DNA of 62,894 nt, counting the filler. It is 9 parts of 9 records of this genome, joined end to end, with 100 filler letters (N's around TTAATTAATTAA, not from the genome) between each part and the next. Parts side by side here need not be neighbours in the genome. Positions count along the whole stretch, not along the records: positions 51,970 to 56,717 come from SRR20825010_5700; positions 56,818 to 62,894 come from SRR20825010_5712; 7 more parts are not named here. One strand, written 5' to 3'. Shown one piece after another: positions 52,419 to 62,894 of the stretch; within the stretch, counting starts at the first letter, position 1, and every line of letters starts with the position of its first letter. The translations under genes and the position numbers were made by a program. The notes beneath the pieces are model-generated. The model was given only the letters and a program-made list of their open reading frames with translations. It was not told the DNA's origin and did not search any database.

Positions 52419-53300
52419 TTACGTCAACAGTTTGAGTCCCGATTCCTGGATCTCATAGGGCACCAGCGATTCATCGACGGCACTGCCACGATGTTTGGCG
52501 ACATGCAGTGCCCGGCTCATCCGGTTCCCTTCTTTGATTTTGCCCATCAGAATGATGGTATTCGCATTGGAAAGAACATCCCCACTCTCAATGGGACGTT
52601 GAATCAGATCATCCAGCATCACTTCATACGTCGTCAGCAGCAGCAGACACCCGATCTGCTGAAAATCATAACGATGCTGCTCAACTTCGGCCTGATGACT
52701 GCGGAACTGTGCCCGGAACAGGTCCCGGGCGACCCAGTCGTATTCTTTTCGGAGGATCTGGTGGTAGACGTATTCAAACGCATGAAACTGAAACGAATCA
52801 CTGGGACGATCTGTCGGCTCGATACCATCGATCACCGTCCGCCGGACGCCATGCACAAAGTTGGAATAAAAAAAGGCAATCGCGGCATCCAGTTTCTTGA
52901 CGAATTCCAGTTTCCACTCTTTCCATTCATCCAGTTCCATATCGCGGCGCGTCACCCGGCGACCACTCTGGCGAAACAGATGCTGGTAATCGGTTCGCGT
53001 ACCAACATCCCAGATCTGGTCCAGGTCAAAGGGGGCATCGACCAGCTGTTCGCGCAGCTTCCACTGAAAAAGGCGCTCGGCGTAATCACTGTGGCTCTGC
53101 GAATCGCCGCGGGTTGCCATATCAAACAGCACCCCGGTCTGCCCTTCCTGCTGCAGGCCGGCCTCTGCGAACTGCAGACCAAGCTGCGTTTTGCCAATCC
53201 CGGTCGCGCCCAGAACGACGGTCAGTTTGCCTGGCATTAACCCGCCCGAGAGCAGTTCATCGAGTTCCGGAATTCCTGTTTTTTGTCGCAAGTCAGCCAT
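52419..53300 (-). CDS. KaiC/RAD55-like RecA-superfamily ATPase
   Basis: [43 protein letters not shown]. Confidence 0.88.
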   Translation of the reverse strand: MADLRQKTGIPELDELLSGGLMPGKLTVVLGATGIGKTQLGLQFAEAGLQQEGQTGVLFDMATRGDSQSHSDYAERLFQWKLREQLVDAPFDLDQIWDVGTRTDYQHLFRQSGRRVTRRDMELDEWKEWKLEFVKKLDAAIAFFYSNFVHGVRRTVIDGIEPTDRPSDSFQFHAFEYVYHQILRKEYDWVARDLFRAQFRSHQAEVEQHRYDFQQIGCLLLLTTYEVMLDDLIQRPIESGDVLSNANTIILMGKIKEGNRMSRALHVAKHRGSAVDESLVPYEIQESGLKLLT

Positions 53301-53379
53301 GATGAATCTTCATTTCGCAGAGAGAACCTCCGCGCCTTTGTGGTTTACGGTTTGTGCCAGCTGCCGAGTTGACCGGAGA

Positions 53380-54495
53380 TCAGACGGTAATATAGCGGTC
53401 GCGTGCAGCCACATTCCAGTGGTCGACCACTTTTCCGCCACTCACGACCGTCACGGATTTATGCAGAGCCGACGTCGGACAGACATGCCGGGGAATTGCC
53501 AGCAGCTCATCGCCGGGCTGAAATTCCCCTGCCCGCGCACTGATGACGACCAGATGTTCTTCATTCTGCAACACCGGTTTCGCATCAGGCAGATCGGGGA
53601 ACCGGCAGCGATTTTCCATCGCAGGATCAGAGGCAATCGCTTTATAACCCAGATCAAAGGTGATGCGCTGCGAATCAGGGCGACTGATCACGCGCGTTAA
53701 TACCAGCGCTGCGGGAGTGAATTTCAGGTCGGGAAACAGTTCTCCGTAGCCGACATCATGCAGCACGCAGGTTCCCGGACAGACTTCGATATCCGGATCG
53801 TCAATGCCGGCAAAGATGGGGAACGAACCGGTCGCACCTGCGACAATCCGCGGGACCGGGAGTCCTTCAGTGACCAGTTGATCCCGCAGGCGACTCACGT
53901 TGTTCCAGACCTCTTTGACCGCGATCTCCCGTTCATGGATATCTACCTGATGATTCTGCCCATCGTAGGCATGCAGACCCGCGGCGATTAAACCAGGCGT
54001 GTTGGCGATCATCTGGTACAGTTCGACGGCGTTCTCCCCTGGAGGAAGGCCGGTGCGATTCTGTCCGGTATTCAGATCGAGCAGGACTTCGATTTCGAGC
54101 CCTGCAGCGGACATGGCTTCGCCCAGCAGTTCAATCGGGCCGGGATGATCGGCGGTCACCTGCAGTGACACATCGGGCCAGCGTTTACGGAATTCAACAG
54201 CACGGGCGATATTGGGACCGACCAGGTTATAAGCCAGGCAGATATCTTTGACCCCCGTATCCGCCAGCATTTCGGCCTCTGCAAATGTCGCCGCCTTATG
54301 CTTCAGGATTCCCAGTGAAAGTTCCAGCTGGATGATCTCGCGCATCTTATGTGTTTTACAATGCGGGCGCAGTCGGGAAGGGTCGCCGACCAGCTCAATC
54401 ATTTTTCGTATGTTGTCCTCAAGCAGATCCTTGAAGATAATCATTCCCGGAGAAATGATCTGGCTTGTATCGTCTATCTGATAGCATGCATCCAT
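53380..54495 (-). CDS. D-threonine aldolase/D-serine dehydratase-like PLP enzyme
   Basis: RPHCKTHK, HAYDG, EEH, PRHVCPT. Confidence 0.88.
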   Translation of the reverse strand: MDACYQIDDTSQIISPGMIIFKDLLEDNIRKMIELVGDPSRLRPHCKTHKMREIIQLELSLGILKHKAATFAEAEMLADTGVKDICLAYNLVGPNIARAVEFRKRWPDVSLQVTADHPGPIELLGEAMSAAGLEIEVLLDLNTGQNRTGLPPGENAVELYQMIANTPGLIAAGLHAYDGQNHQVDIHEREIAVKEVWNNVSRLRDQLVTEGLPVPRIVAGATGSFPIFAGIDDPDIEVCPGTCVLHDVGYGELFPDLKFTPAALVLTRVISRPDSQRITFDLGYKAIASDPAMENRCRFPDLPDAKPVLQNEEHLVVISARAGEFQPGDELLAIPRHVCPTSALHKSVTVVSGGKVVDHWNVAARDRYITV

Positions 54496-54522
54496 GAGCA
54501 GACCTGATCGCAGTTTGAAAAA

Positions 54523-55362
54523 TTAAATACCCTGAAAGAAGACTTTTTCCGCCGTCTTTTCCAGAACCCATTCTTTATCCATCTTAGAGAGGAATGGCAG
54601 GCCATTCTTGACCAGACCGATTGACGCCTGATACGAATGATCGCCTTGAACCTGGTACGGACAGTCGGTAGCCCACATCAGACGATTGGCTCCGAAAGCC
54701 TGATAGACTTTATTGATCAGCGGCAGCAGATCGTGATACGGCATCTGTTTTTTGCCCAGCGCGTAAAAGGCGGAGACTTTGACATACACATTGGGATGTT
54801 TCGCCATCTTGCAGAGCATGTCGACTTCTTTGGGATCGATTTCCCCCGTCACGCCAATGCGGGCCAGATGGTCGATGACCACAGTCGTATCGCGATGTTT
54901 CTGGCACATCTTATCCAGGGCAGGCAGACCGACGGCATCCATCAGGCAGCACATGGCCATCCCTTCTTTGGCACCGGTGGTCCACATTTCTTCCATGCAG
55001 TCCCCGTCCAGCCATTCGTCAACTTTTTTCGAGAGAGGACGAATGCGAAAGCCACGCACGCCTTTCTTTTTCAGCGCCAGCATTTCCGGCGTGGGGTTCT
55101 TTCCATTCTGATCAATCACTGCCACGCCCGAGAACATGCCCGGGTACTTTGCCATGCAGTCCAGCATGTAGCTGTTATCGAAGCCATAAAATGACATCTG
55201 AATCAGTACGACCCGATTCACGCCGACCGGCATCATTTCAGCCTGCAGCTCTTCAGCGGTAAAGCTGGGAGGTACCATATCAGAAACCTGAAAACCTGGT
55301 GCCAGTGGATATTTTTTGACATCCGGAGTCCAGACATGCGAGTGTGCGTCGATATATTCCAT
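54523..55362 (-). CDS. Amidohydrolase 2 family protein
   Basis: IDAHSHVW, VIDHLA, RLMWATDCP. Confidence 0.9.
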   Translation of the reverse strand: MEYIDAHSHVWTPDVKKYPLAPGFQVSDMVPPSFTAEELQAEMMPVGVNRVVLIQMSFYGFDNSYMLDCMAKYPGMFSGVAVIDQNGKNPTPEMLALKKKGVRGFRIRPLSKKVDEWLDGDCMEEMWTTGAKEGMAMCCLMDAVGLPALDKMCQKHRDTTVVIDHLARIGVTGEIDPKEVDMLCKMAKHPNVYVKVSAFYALGKKQMPYHDLLPLINKVYQAFGANRLMWATDCPYQVQGDHSYQASIGLVKNGLPFLSKMDKEWVLEKTAEKVFFQGI

Positions 55363-55407
55363 AGCAGAAGCCTCTGATAAAAAAGGTCAGTGGAAAAACA
55401 GCCCGAA

Positions 55408-56717
55408 TCAGGAATCGGCTTTGGCGGTGTAAAAGAATTTGTGCACGAGTTCTTCCGGTGGGGGAGCCGTCATTTTTGTGACGATAAAACCGGAGATAAA
55501 CGAGACAAACAGGCCGATGATGATCGGATCAAAATCGAATAACTGGTAAGGCTTGAAAAAGCTGCCATTCACAAAATAGCCGGTGACATACATCGCCAGA
55601 TGTATGGAAAAACCGCCGAGCATGGCCCCCATGGCGCCTGCTGCATTCACGCGTCTCCAGTACAGACCATAGACGATCGTCGCGAGGAAGCTGGCGGCCA
55701 GTCCACTGCCGACATACACGATAATATCCTGCAGGAACTGGGGAGGATTGATGGCGACCACCATCGCAGCGGTACCCACGACGAAGGTTGCCAGATAACT
55801 TAAGATCTTGATCGTTTTCTCACTGGCTTCGGGATTGATATTCCGCTGATACACATCACGCACCCAGGCCGAGGAAATCAGCAGCAGGAAGCTGTCGACC
55901 GTCGACATGACAGCGGCAAAAGGAGCTGCCACCAGCAGACCCGCCAGCCAGCCCATGCCAATATGGTTGGTCAGATAAACGGCCATTGCCGGCATGATCC
56001 GGTCCGAATCACCTTCCATCCCGGGCAGTAATACACGGGCACAGCAGAAAATCACGACCAGCGGGAAATAAATCAAAGTGTAATAAATGGCCACGGTACA
56101 GATGGAACGCTGCAGCGTTTTCGTATCGCGAAAGGCCATCAGGCGCACCATGTTGGCAGGTTGACCGGTTCCGGAAATTGCCCACATGAAGAAGAACGAA
56201 ATCGCCAGACTCAATGGGAGGAATCCGCTGTCACTGCCGGGACTGGGCCCGGGGCCGACAATATAGGTCCCCTGCTGGCTGCCTGCTTCTCCGTATGCAT
56301 ACGCTTTGAGATCAATATTGGAAACACTGACATCATCGAGAAATTTTTCACTTTCGCGACGAGCCAGGATCCGCTCAATATCATCCAGTGTGGTCAACTG
56401 CAGCACTTTGACTTCATTGACGGTGGTCTCACCCTCGGCAATTTCGCTCGCCACAGTGACACGAAATAACAAAGGCGTTTTATTGTCGTCGATCGGGGTA
56501 TCGGTGATCCAGGTCCCCGCTTCAATCCGCATCGTTTCCGGCGCGGGTTCTGCAAGGGTCAACGTGATCCCCCCCTTATCCGGATCCGATATCCGGGGCG
56601 GCGTCATTTTCGCCATCAGTTTCGTGGTATTTTCCAGACCACCGGCCTGTGAGATGGCTAAAGGCAGCATGATGATCACGCCGATGACCATCACGATTCC
56701 CTGCATCACATCGGTCC
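55408..56717 (-). CDS. Sodium:solute symporter (5'-truncated) with large loop insertion
   Basis: TD.MQG, GQP..VR.MA, AAVMSTVDSFLL, multiple TMs. Confidence 0.88.
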
Positions 56718-56817
56718 NNNNNNNNNNNNNNNNNNNNNNNNNNNNNNNNNNNNNNNNNNNNTTAATTAATTAANNNNNNNNNNNNNNNNNNNNNNNNNNN
56801 NNNNNNNNNNNNNNNNN

Positions 56818-58498
56818 AGGTTATATCTCCCTGTGGAATGGACACTCCACCAGTTTCGTGATCCGCAGTGATGATTAATAAGGTATTTGGGTTGGCATCC
56901 ACATACTGAATCACTTTCCCGATTACCTCATCAAAATCCAACATCTCCGATACGATCGTTGAAGTACTATTGGCATGTCCACCCGAATCAATATTCGCTG
57001 CCTCTACCATTAGGAAAAAAGGAGCATTTTTATGATCAAAAAACTCAAGTGCGTACGCTGTGCTCTGTAGCAAATAATCGCCTCTCCCATCCAACTTTTT
57101 AGGTAGGGATCCCTTTGCTGCAAAATACCCAACACGATCCGCCTCAGTCTGTTCTAAGCTTTCTACCAGTGTAAACCCTGCACTTTCAAGGTTTGCCACT
57201 TGGGATTGAAAAGAATCTCCGCCTCCACCGATGAAAAGATCCAATTTACTTGTTGATAAATAAGCTGCGATCTGATCAGAATCATCACGCTCAGGATGAT
57301 GTGCATAGAAAGATGCCGGAGTTGCTCCCGTCAATTGATCGGTGGTAATAATCCCACTTGAAAACCCATACTCATGAAGAAGATCTGGAAGATTTGGCAA
57401 AGAATTCCCTTTCGAATCAACGCCTAGCGCACGGTTATTTGTTTTCTCTCCCGTCGCATAGGCAGTGGCTCCGGCAGCTGAATCAGTGGTAAAATCATCT
57501 GCAGCCTGAGTTTTGATTAAGCCCATATTTTTCAACTGAGTTAGATTGAGCTGATTGCCGTTGGAAAACAAAGCAGAGGCTATCTGCGTCAATCCATTGC
57601 CATCTCCAATCATCAGAATCACATTGTCAACGGGAACTTCAGCTCCGTCGCCTTCAAAAGTCGGCTGGTAAACCTCATGAATTGAAGTGTTTTGATAGAC
57701 ATTTTCACTCAACTTATTCAGATAAGCTGCTGCCTCGATTGGGTGATCAGTATTGATATAATCCTCCCCCATTTCATGAAATGCCTTCCAGGCAGATTTA
57801 CTATCTGGAGAACCCCAAAAGCGAACCGGCTTATCAAAACTATGAACCAAATCAATAAACTCTTGAAGATTTGCACGTTGATCCTCGACCATCCTACCTT
57901 TTCCATTCCAAATAGAAAATTGGCGAAAACTCAAACTCACCATCCCAATTTTATTCCAAGGCAGATCGGTCGTCAACTCCTTACTTTGGTAATCAAATAG
58001 CATCCATTCCGGATAATTTTTATAATCCTCGGCTTTTGGCCTGTTTCCTGAAATAATTAATTTCAATCCATTGGAATTACCTGAGCTAAAAAGAACCGCT
58101 TCATAATCTTTCATGCTTTCCTCTAGCACTTTCAATGTGGAATAAGCCTCGGTTTTCAAATCAACCAATAGATGGAAGTTGATCGATGAAATCACCCCAC
58201 TTTTGATCCCCTCTGAAATCGGATCCAGATACAAACTTTCAATGGTTCGTTTTGGATCTATACTCGCCGCTTCGTGCGCAGCCATCAGTTTACCATCCTT
58301 TAAGATCAGGTCTACTTCTATAGAGGATGCTCCAGCTGAATAGGCTGTCCAAAAAGGAACAGTTTGCAAGTAATCATTGTGGGAGTGAATTTGAAAATCT
58401 TTGGAATTCTGTGCCGAAACTTGACCTACAGCAATCAGAATAAAGACCAAAAGGCTTGAAATGAATTTATGCATTTCTAAAAATAGAATATTCATCAC
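56818..58498 (-). CDS. Alkaline phosphatase with N-terminal PLC/GDPD-like domain (3'-truncated; start may be 58474)
   Basis: HSHNDY...SIEVD; then MIGDGNG, TDSAAGATA, TPASFYAH, TADHETGG. Confidence 0.88.
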
Positions 58499-58725
58499 TA
58501 TTTCACTGCTCCATTAAGTTCAAAAAGCTAAGGCTTAACAAATTCATAAAACAGTACGACAACATAGCTTAATCTCTATTTAGAATTTTTTAGCACAAAA
58601 CTGATTTCAAGATCCTTACTCTATCCTCATCTTTATAAGCGGCTACTAATGCAAAAGAAAAGCAAGCATAGATTTAATAGAAATCCACTGAAAATAGGCG
58701 AATATTGCCAGTTGAATTGAAACTC

Positions 58726-59802
58726 ATGAAACAATACATATTAATCCTGTTTGCATTTAGCACTTTCTCTTCCTTTACGCTTTCTGCGCAGAATCTCAAG
58801 CTCAACCAAATTCAAGTCATAGGAAGTCACAATAGCTACAAAAGCCAGATATCTCCTGAACTGCTGGCCTTTTTATCCAAGGTAAATCTCTCTGCCTCGA
58901 AAAGTTTAGAATATGCCCATATCCCACTGGAGGAGCAACTTGATTTAGGATTGAGAAATCTCGAATTAGATGTATTTCACGATCCTTTAGGAGGAAGATA
59001 TTCCAATCCAAAAGGTATTGAAATCATCAAAAGCAGTGGGGGAAACATCCCTGACTATGATCCCACTAACTCACTTTCCAAGCCAGGAATGAAGCTTTTT
59101 CACGTACAGGACCTGGATTTTCAGTCTCATCACCTCCTATTTGCAGACGCGCTGAAAGCACTCAAAACTTGGAGTGAAGCTCATCCTGACCACTCACCTG
59201 TTTTCATTCTGATCAATGCAAAAGATGATAATATCCCAGGCACCAGACCTACTTTACCCTTTACTGCATCAGCTTTGGACAGTATAGACATAGAAATAAG
59301 GACGCATTTGGGAATGGATCACCTGATCACACCCGATCTGGTGAAAGGCAAATACGCTGATCTGGAAACAGCTGTACTGGCTGGAAATTGGCCAAACGTT
59401 GATGGCACAAGAGGGAAATTTCTTTTTGTTTTGGATGAAAATGAGGAAAAAACAGACAGGTACTTGAGTGCAAAGCCGGAGCTTAAGAACGCAGTGCTCT
59501 TTGTCAATAAAAAGGAAGGTAATTCCACTGCTGGGTTCCGAATCATCAATAACCCAGTAAAAGATGAAGCATATATCAGAGATCTCGTGAAAAAAGGATA
59601 CATGATCCGGACTCGCGCAGATTCAGATACCAAAGAGGCAAGAATGGAAGATTATTCCACCTTCGAAAAAGCCAAAGCTTCTGGCGCGCAGGTGATTTCT
59701 ACTGATTACTACAATACTTCGACTTTCTTCAAATCTAATTACAGAGTTAATTTCGAAGAAAACGTGTACGAAAGACCAAACCCGGTTTTGATCAAAAACT
59801 AG
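58726..59802 (+). CDS. Ca-dependent phosphoinositide phospholipase C-like protein
   Basis: QVIGSHNSY, LELDV, IRTRAD, GAQVISTDY; signal peptide. Confidence 0.85.
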   Translation: MKQYILILFAFSTFSSFTLSAQNLKLNQIQVIGSHNSYKSQISPELLAFLSKVNLSASKSLEYAHIPLEEQLDLGLRNLELDVFHDPLGGRYSNPKGIEIIKSSGGNIPDYDPTNSLSKPGMKLFHVQDLDFQSHHLLFADALKALKTWSEAHPDHSPVFILINAKDDNIPGTRPTLPFTASALDSIDIEIRTHLGMDHLITPDLVKGKYADLETAVLAGNWPNVDGTRGKFLFVLDENEEKTDRYLSAKPELKNAVLFVNKKEGNSTAGFRIINNPVKDEAYIRDLVKKGYMIRTRADSDTKEARMEDYSTFEKAKASGAQVISTDYYNTSTFFKSNYRVNFEENVYERPNPVLIKN

Positions 59803-59909
59803 AAGGCCTCCAATTGATTAGTAAGAATGGCAGAATAAATGCTACCTCTTGGCTACCAGCATTTGCAAGTAGATTTACAATTCTTTAATTCGAATTAATT
59901 CCTGAAATA

Positions 59910-61703
59910 GTGCCTTACTCTACGAACAGAGCCTTTTTTCTACTATGTGTACTCCTTTGTATTAGGGTGGATCTTTTTGCCCAAGATGCGAATGACTCGT
60001 CAAAAGTATCGATCACTCAAAAGGCGCTGGAAAAAGGTATGGATTTTATTACCAGGTCTAATAGGGACACCGTACTGGTAGAAAAAGCAGAGGAAAAATT
60101 TCTTCCTTATGCAGGGATGATCATCCGAAATATTGAGGTTGAAACCATTGGGTTTGAATTTTCTATCTATGGACGTCAGAAGCCAATAGTCCAAAAAGTA
60201 GGTAGAATTGCAAATAATCTCCATACAAATACACGAGAAAAAACCATCCGACAACACCTATTCATCAAACCAAATAGACGGTTAAACCCATATAAACTCG
60301 GAGATAATGAGCGATTCCTGAGAGATCAACCGTTTATTCTTGAAAGTCGGATAATAGTCACACCTGTAGATGGAACGGATTCTGTGGATCTTACCGTGAT
60401 CACACGTGACATTTTCAGTATAGGTGGATCTGTGGGAGGAAGCATCCCTACTGCGCCACTTTTCAAAGTTTATGATGCCAATGTAGATGGAAGGGCTCAA
60501 GGTTTCGAATTTGACATTCTATATGACCTTGACCGAAGCCCGAAGACAGGCGTAGGAATGGCTTATTCTAAAAGTAGTTTAATGGGAAGTTTAGCTGATT
60601 TTATGGTCTACTATACACAGCTGAATTCAGGAGTAAGTCAAGGGGAGGAAATAGAATATTCTACCGGAATCATGCTGGAAAGACCATTAGTTTCTCCCTA
60701 TTCCAAAATGGCGGGTGGTGCCAGCTGGAGCCAGAATTGGTCAAGAAACGTAAGGTCAAAACCTGATTCCTCCTTTCTCGATTACAAGTACAATATCATG
60801 GATGTTTGGACTGGGTACAATTTCGGTTCAGAGAAAACCTTTAAGGATAGACGAAGGGAATTTCTTGCTGTACGCCTTTATGATGGAGATTTTGTAAATC
60901 AGCCCGAACAAGAGGAAGTGATGGATGAGCGCAGGTATCATGACAGTAAGGGAATTTTGGCAGAGTTCAGCCTTTATCAACAAGACTTCTTTAAAACTCA
61001 ATATGTCTATGGTTTCGGACGGACGGAGGACATTCCTTTTGGTTACAACCTTTCCACTACTGTAGGATACATCAATACCATTTCGATTTCTAGGCCTTAC
61101 GCAGGAGTTAATTTCAACTATAAAGGCGCTTCTAAAAGCGGAAGCTTCTACGAATTGACCCTGAATGCAGCTAGTTATTTCCGCAGTGGTAACTGGGAAG
61201 ATGGCGTACTACAAGCAGGAGGTACATTCTATACTCAAGCGTTCTCGATAGGCAAATACAAGATCAGAAATTCCGCTTCTGCTTTCTACACAAAATTGTT
61301 TGACAGAGTAACCAATGATTGGCTGACTATCCAAGGCAATACTATCCCTGGATTACGCGTAGAAGAAGTGGATGCTACCAAAAGATACTCTTTAGGCTTT
61401 GAATCGAGCCTTTTTACTCCTTGGTCCCTGGTAGGATTTAGAGTAGCTCCGTTCACTTCCTTTTATTGGGCGAAATTAAAATGCCCAAGTTGCGAAAATC
61501 AATACCAAAACTTCACAGGAATCAGCCTTGGGATGCGCGTTCGAAATGAAAACCTCATCTTCGGAACGATGGAAATAAAAGGAACTTATATCCCTACGGA
61601 TGACGAAGGGAAGTCCAAATTCGCCTTTAGCTTCAGGAAAAATCTGAGATTCAGAAAATCAGATATCTATGTATCTGCACCAGATTTGATCAATTATAAT
61701 TGA
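59910..61703 (+). CDS. Outer-membrane protein, BamA/TamA-like (POTRA plus barrel)
   Basis: ERFLRDQPFI..RI POTRA-like motif, GFGRTEDIP, amphipathic beta strands. Confidence 0.65.
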   Translation: MPYSTNRAFFLLCVLLCIRVDLFAQDANDSSKVSITQKALEKGMDFITRSNRDTVLVEKAEEKFLPYAGMIIRNIEVETIGFEFSIYGRQKPIVQKVGRIANNLHTNTREKTIRQHLFIKPNRRLNPYKLGDNERFLRDQPFILESRIIVTPVDGTDSVDLTVITRDIFSIGGSVGGSIPTAPLFKVYDANVDGRAQGFEFDILYDLDRSPKTGVGMAYSKSSLMGSLADFMVYYTQLNSGVSQGEEIEYSTGIMLERPLVSPYSKMAGGASWSQNWSRNVRSKPDSSFLDYKYNIMDVWTGYNFGSEKTFKDRRREFLAVRLYDGDFVNQPEQEEVMDERRYHDSKGILAEFSLYQQDFFKTQYVYGFGRTEDIPFGYNLSTTVGYINTISISRPYAGVNFNYKGASKSGSFYELTLNAASYFRSGNWEDGVLQAGGTFYTQAFSIGKYKIRNSASAFYTKLFDRVTNDWLTIQGNTIPGLRVEEVDATKRYSLGFESSLFTPWSLVGFRVAPFTSFYWAKLKCPSCENQYQNFTGISLGMRVRNENLIFGTMEIKGTYIPTDDEGKSKFAFSFRKNLRFRKSDIYVSAPDLINYN

Positions 61704-61929
61704 GTGCATCAGCTCAGTCATAGCTATCCCAGCATCTTTACTTCCTAACTATTTCTTCTATAGAAAAGAGAGTGAAAAGGCGTGTATTCTAATTTCAGGA
61801 AATGTCGATTTATTAGGGAATACACCTTATTCAAACTCATATACCTTGGCAAAAGGTAGTAATTCATTAGTTTTTAATAAATTACTCTTACTTATTCCAA
61901 ATCCTTAGAATTCACATCATTTCCTATAC

Positions 61930-62894
61930 ATGGCATTTAAAACCAATCTGATTCTTTTCATCTTATTAGTCAACTATTCATTTTCCATGGCTCAGCACAA
62001 CGCTAATTACGACGAAAGCAAGGTTCCTGACATTACACTTCCAGATCCTTTTGTAAGTCTGAGAGGTAAGCTTATCAGCACGCAGCAAGATTGGGAGGAG
62101 ATTCGAAGACCTGAGATTCTGGATCTTTTCAGAGAATATGTCTATGGTAATGTACCAACTGATTTTGATCAGATTTCATTTTCAGAAGTTCAGGAAGGTC
62201 AAAACCCCTATCCGGAAAAAGCCTTATTGAAAGAAGTGAACATAACCGTTTCCAGAAAAGGAAAATCGCACACGATGCGCCTGAACGTTTTTCTACCCAA
62301 GAATGGAGATGGCCCATTCCCAATTTTCTTTCTTGTCAATCACCGAGCCGAAAATGAAGAAGTAGGCCTAGTAGAGGAAGGTTATTGGTCAGTTTCAGAG
62401 TTGATCGATCGTGGCTATGCTACCGCTTCCTTTCATGGTGAAACTGTTGCTCCAGATGACGCCGAAAGATTCTCAGAAGGGATTCTAACCTCACTTTATC
62501 CCGAGGAGCTAGGCAAGGCAGATGGGATGAGGACTTTCGGAGCATGGGCTTGGGCAGCGATGCGAGCAATGGATTATTTTGAGCAAGACCCACTCTATAA
62601 CACCAGAAAATCTGCCCTAATCGGCCACTCTAGATCTGGGAAAACTGCCCTTTGGGCTGGCGCAAATGACCCACGCTGGTCTGTAGTTTATTCAAATGAA
62701 TCAGGCTGTGGCGGCGCTGCTATTTCCAGAAGAAAATACGGAGAAACTGTAGCTGTAATCAACAGCAGTTTTCCTCATTGGTTCGCAGACAACTTCACGG
62801 CCTACAACGGTCAAGAGGAAACTCTACCTGTCGATCAGCACATGCTAGCCGCGCTTATTGCACCACGTGCGCTGTACTTCGCCAGTGCTAGAGG
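61930..62894 (+). CDS. Glucuronoyl esterase-like (CE15) secreted esterase (3'-truncated; absent from the ORF track)
   Basis: Own translation: MAFKTNL..., NYDESKVP..TLPDP, AWAW...RAMDY, GHSRSGKTALWAGA, SGCGGAA, LPVDQHML.ALIAPR. Confidence 0.88.
   Translation, partial: MAFKTNLILFILLVNYSFSMAQHNANYDESKVPDITLPDPFVSLRGKLISTQQDWEEIRRPEILDLFREYVYGNVPTDFDQISFSEVQEGQNPYPEKALLKEVNITVSRKGKSHTMRLNVFLPKNGDGPFPIFFLVNHRAENEEVGLVEEGYWSVSELIDRGYATASFHGETVAPDDAERFSEGILTSLYPEELGKADGMRTFGAWAWAAMRAMDYFEQDPLYNTRKSALIGHSRSGKTALWAGANDPRWSVVYSNESGCGGAAISRRKYGETVAVINSSFPHWFADNFTAYNGQEETLPVDQHMLAALIAPRALYFASAR

Overview
The window is a concatenation of nine unrelated contigs joined by artificial 100-nt spacers (N44-TTAATTAATTAA-N44). 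Taxa below are inferred from gene content and composition only. (1) 1-17901, Alcanivorax-like gammaproteobacterium: gacS/barA, pdxJ, recO, era, rnc, lepB, lepA, mucD, rseCBA, rpoE, nadB, sdhE, ygfZ. (2) 18002-21687, alphaproteobacterial LysR, PcaR-like IclR and CoA-transferase genes. (3) 21788-27683, GC-rich planctomycete-like: RND adaptor, GlyRS, FabF. (4) 27784-35108, an AT-rich contig with no credible genes. (5) 35209-43991, Alcanivorax-like apbE/nqrM region. (6) 44092-48069, roseobacter-like amine metabolism genes. (7) 48170-51869, Thalassospira-like gcvPB/cheZ/peroxiredoxin. (8) 51970-56717, Gimesia-like KaiC-type ATPase region. (9) 56818-62894, Bacteroidota phosphatase, PLC and CE15 genes. 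The standout is contig 4. It holds 36 dispersed copies of an invariant 10-mer, RCACCTTTCC (20 on +, 16 on -, about one per 200 bp). Nearly all are followed about 25-35 nt downstream by a unique A/C-rich tract, and spacing depends on orientation in a way that implies directional units of about 80-90 nt. It looks like a dense array of small non-coding RNA genes. My leading, unproven hypothesis is a kinetoplastid-type RNA-editing guide-RNA array. A second finding is a family of intergenic inverted arms built from 7-nt-periodic repeats in the Alcanivorax-like contigs.
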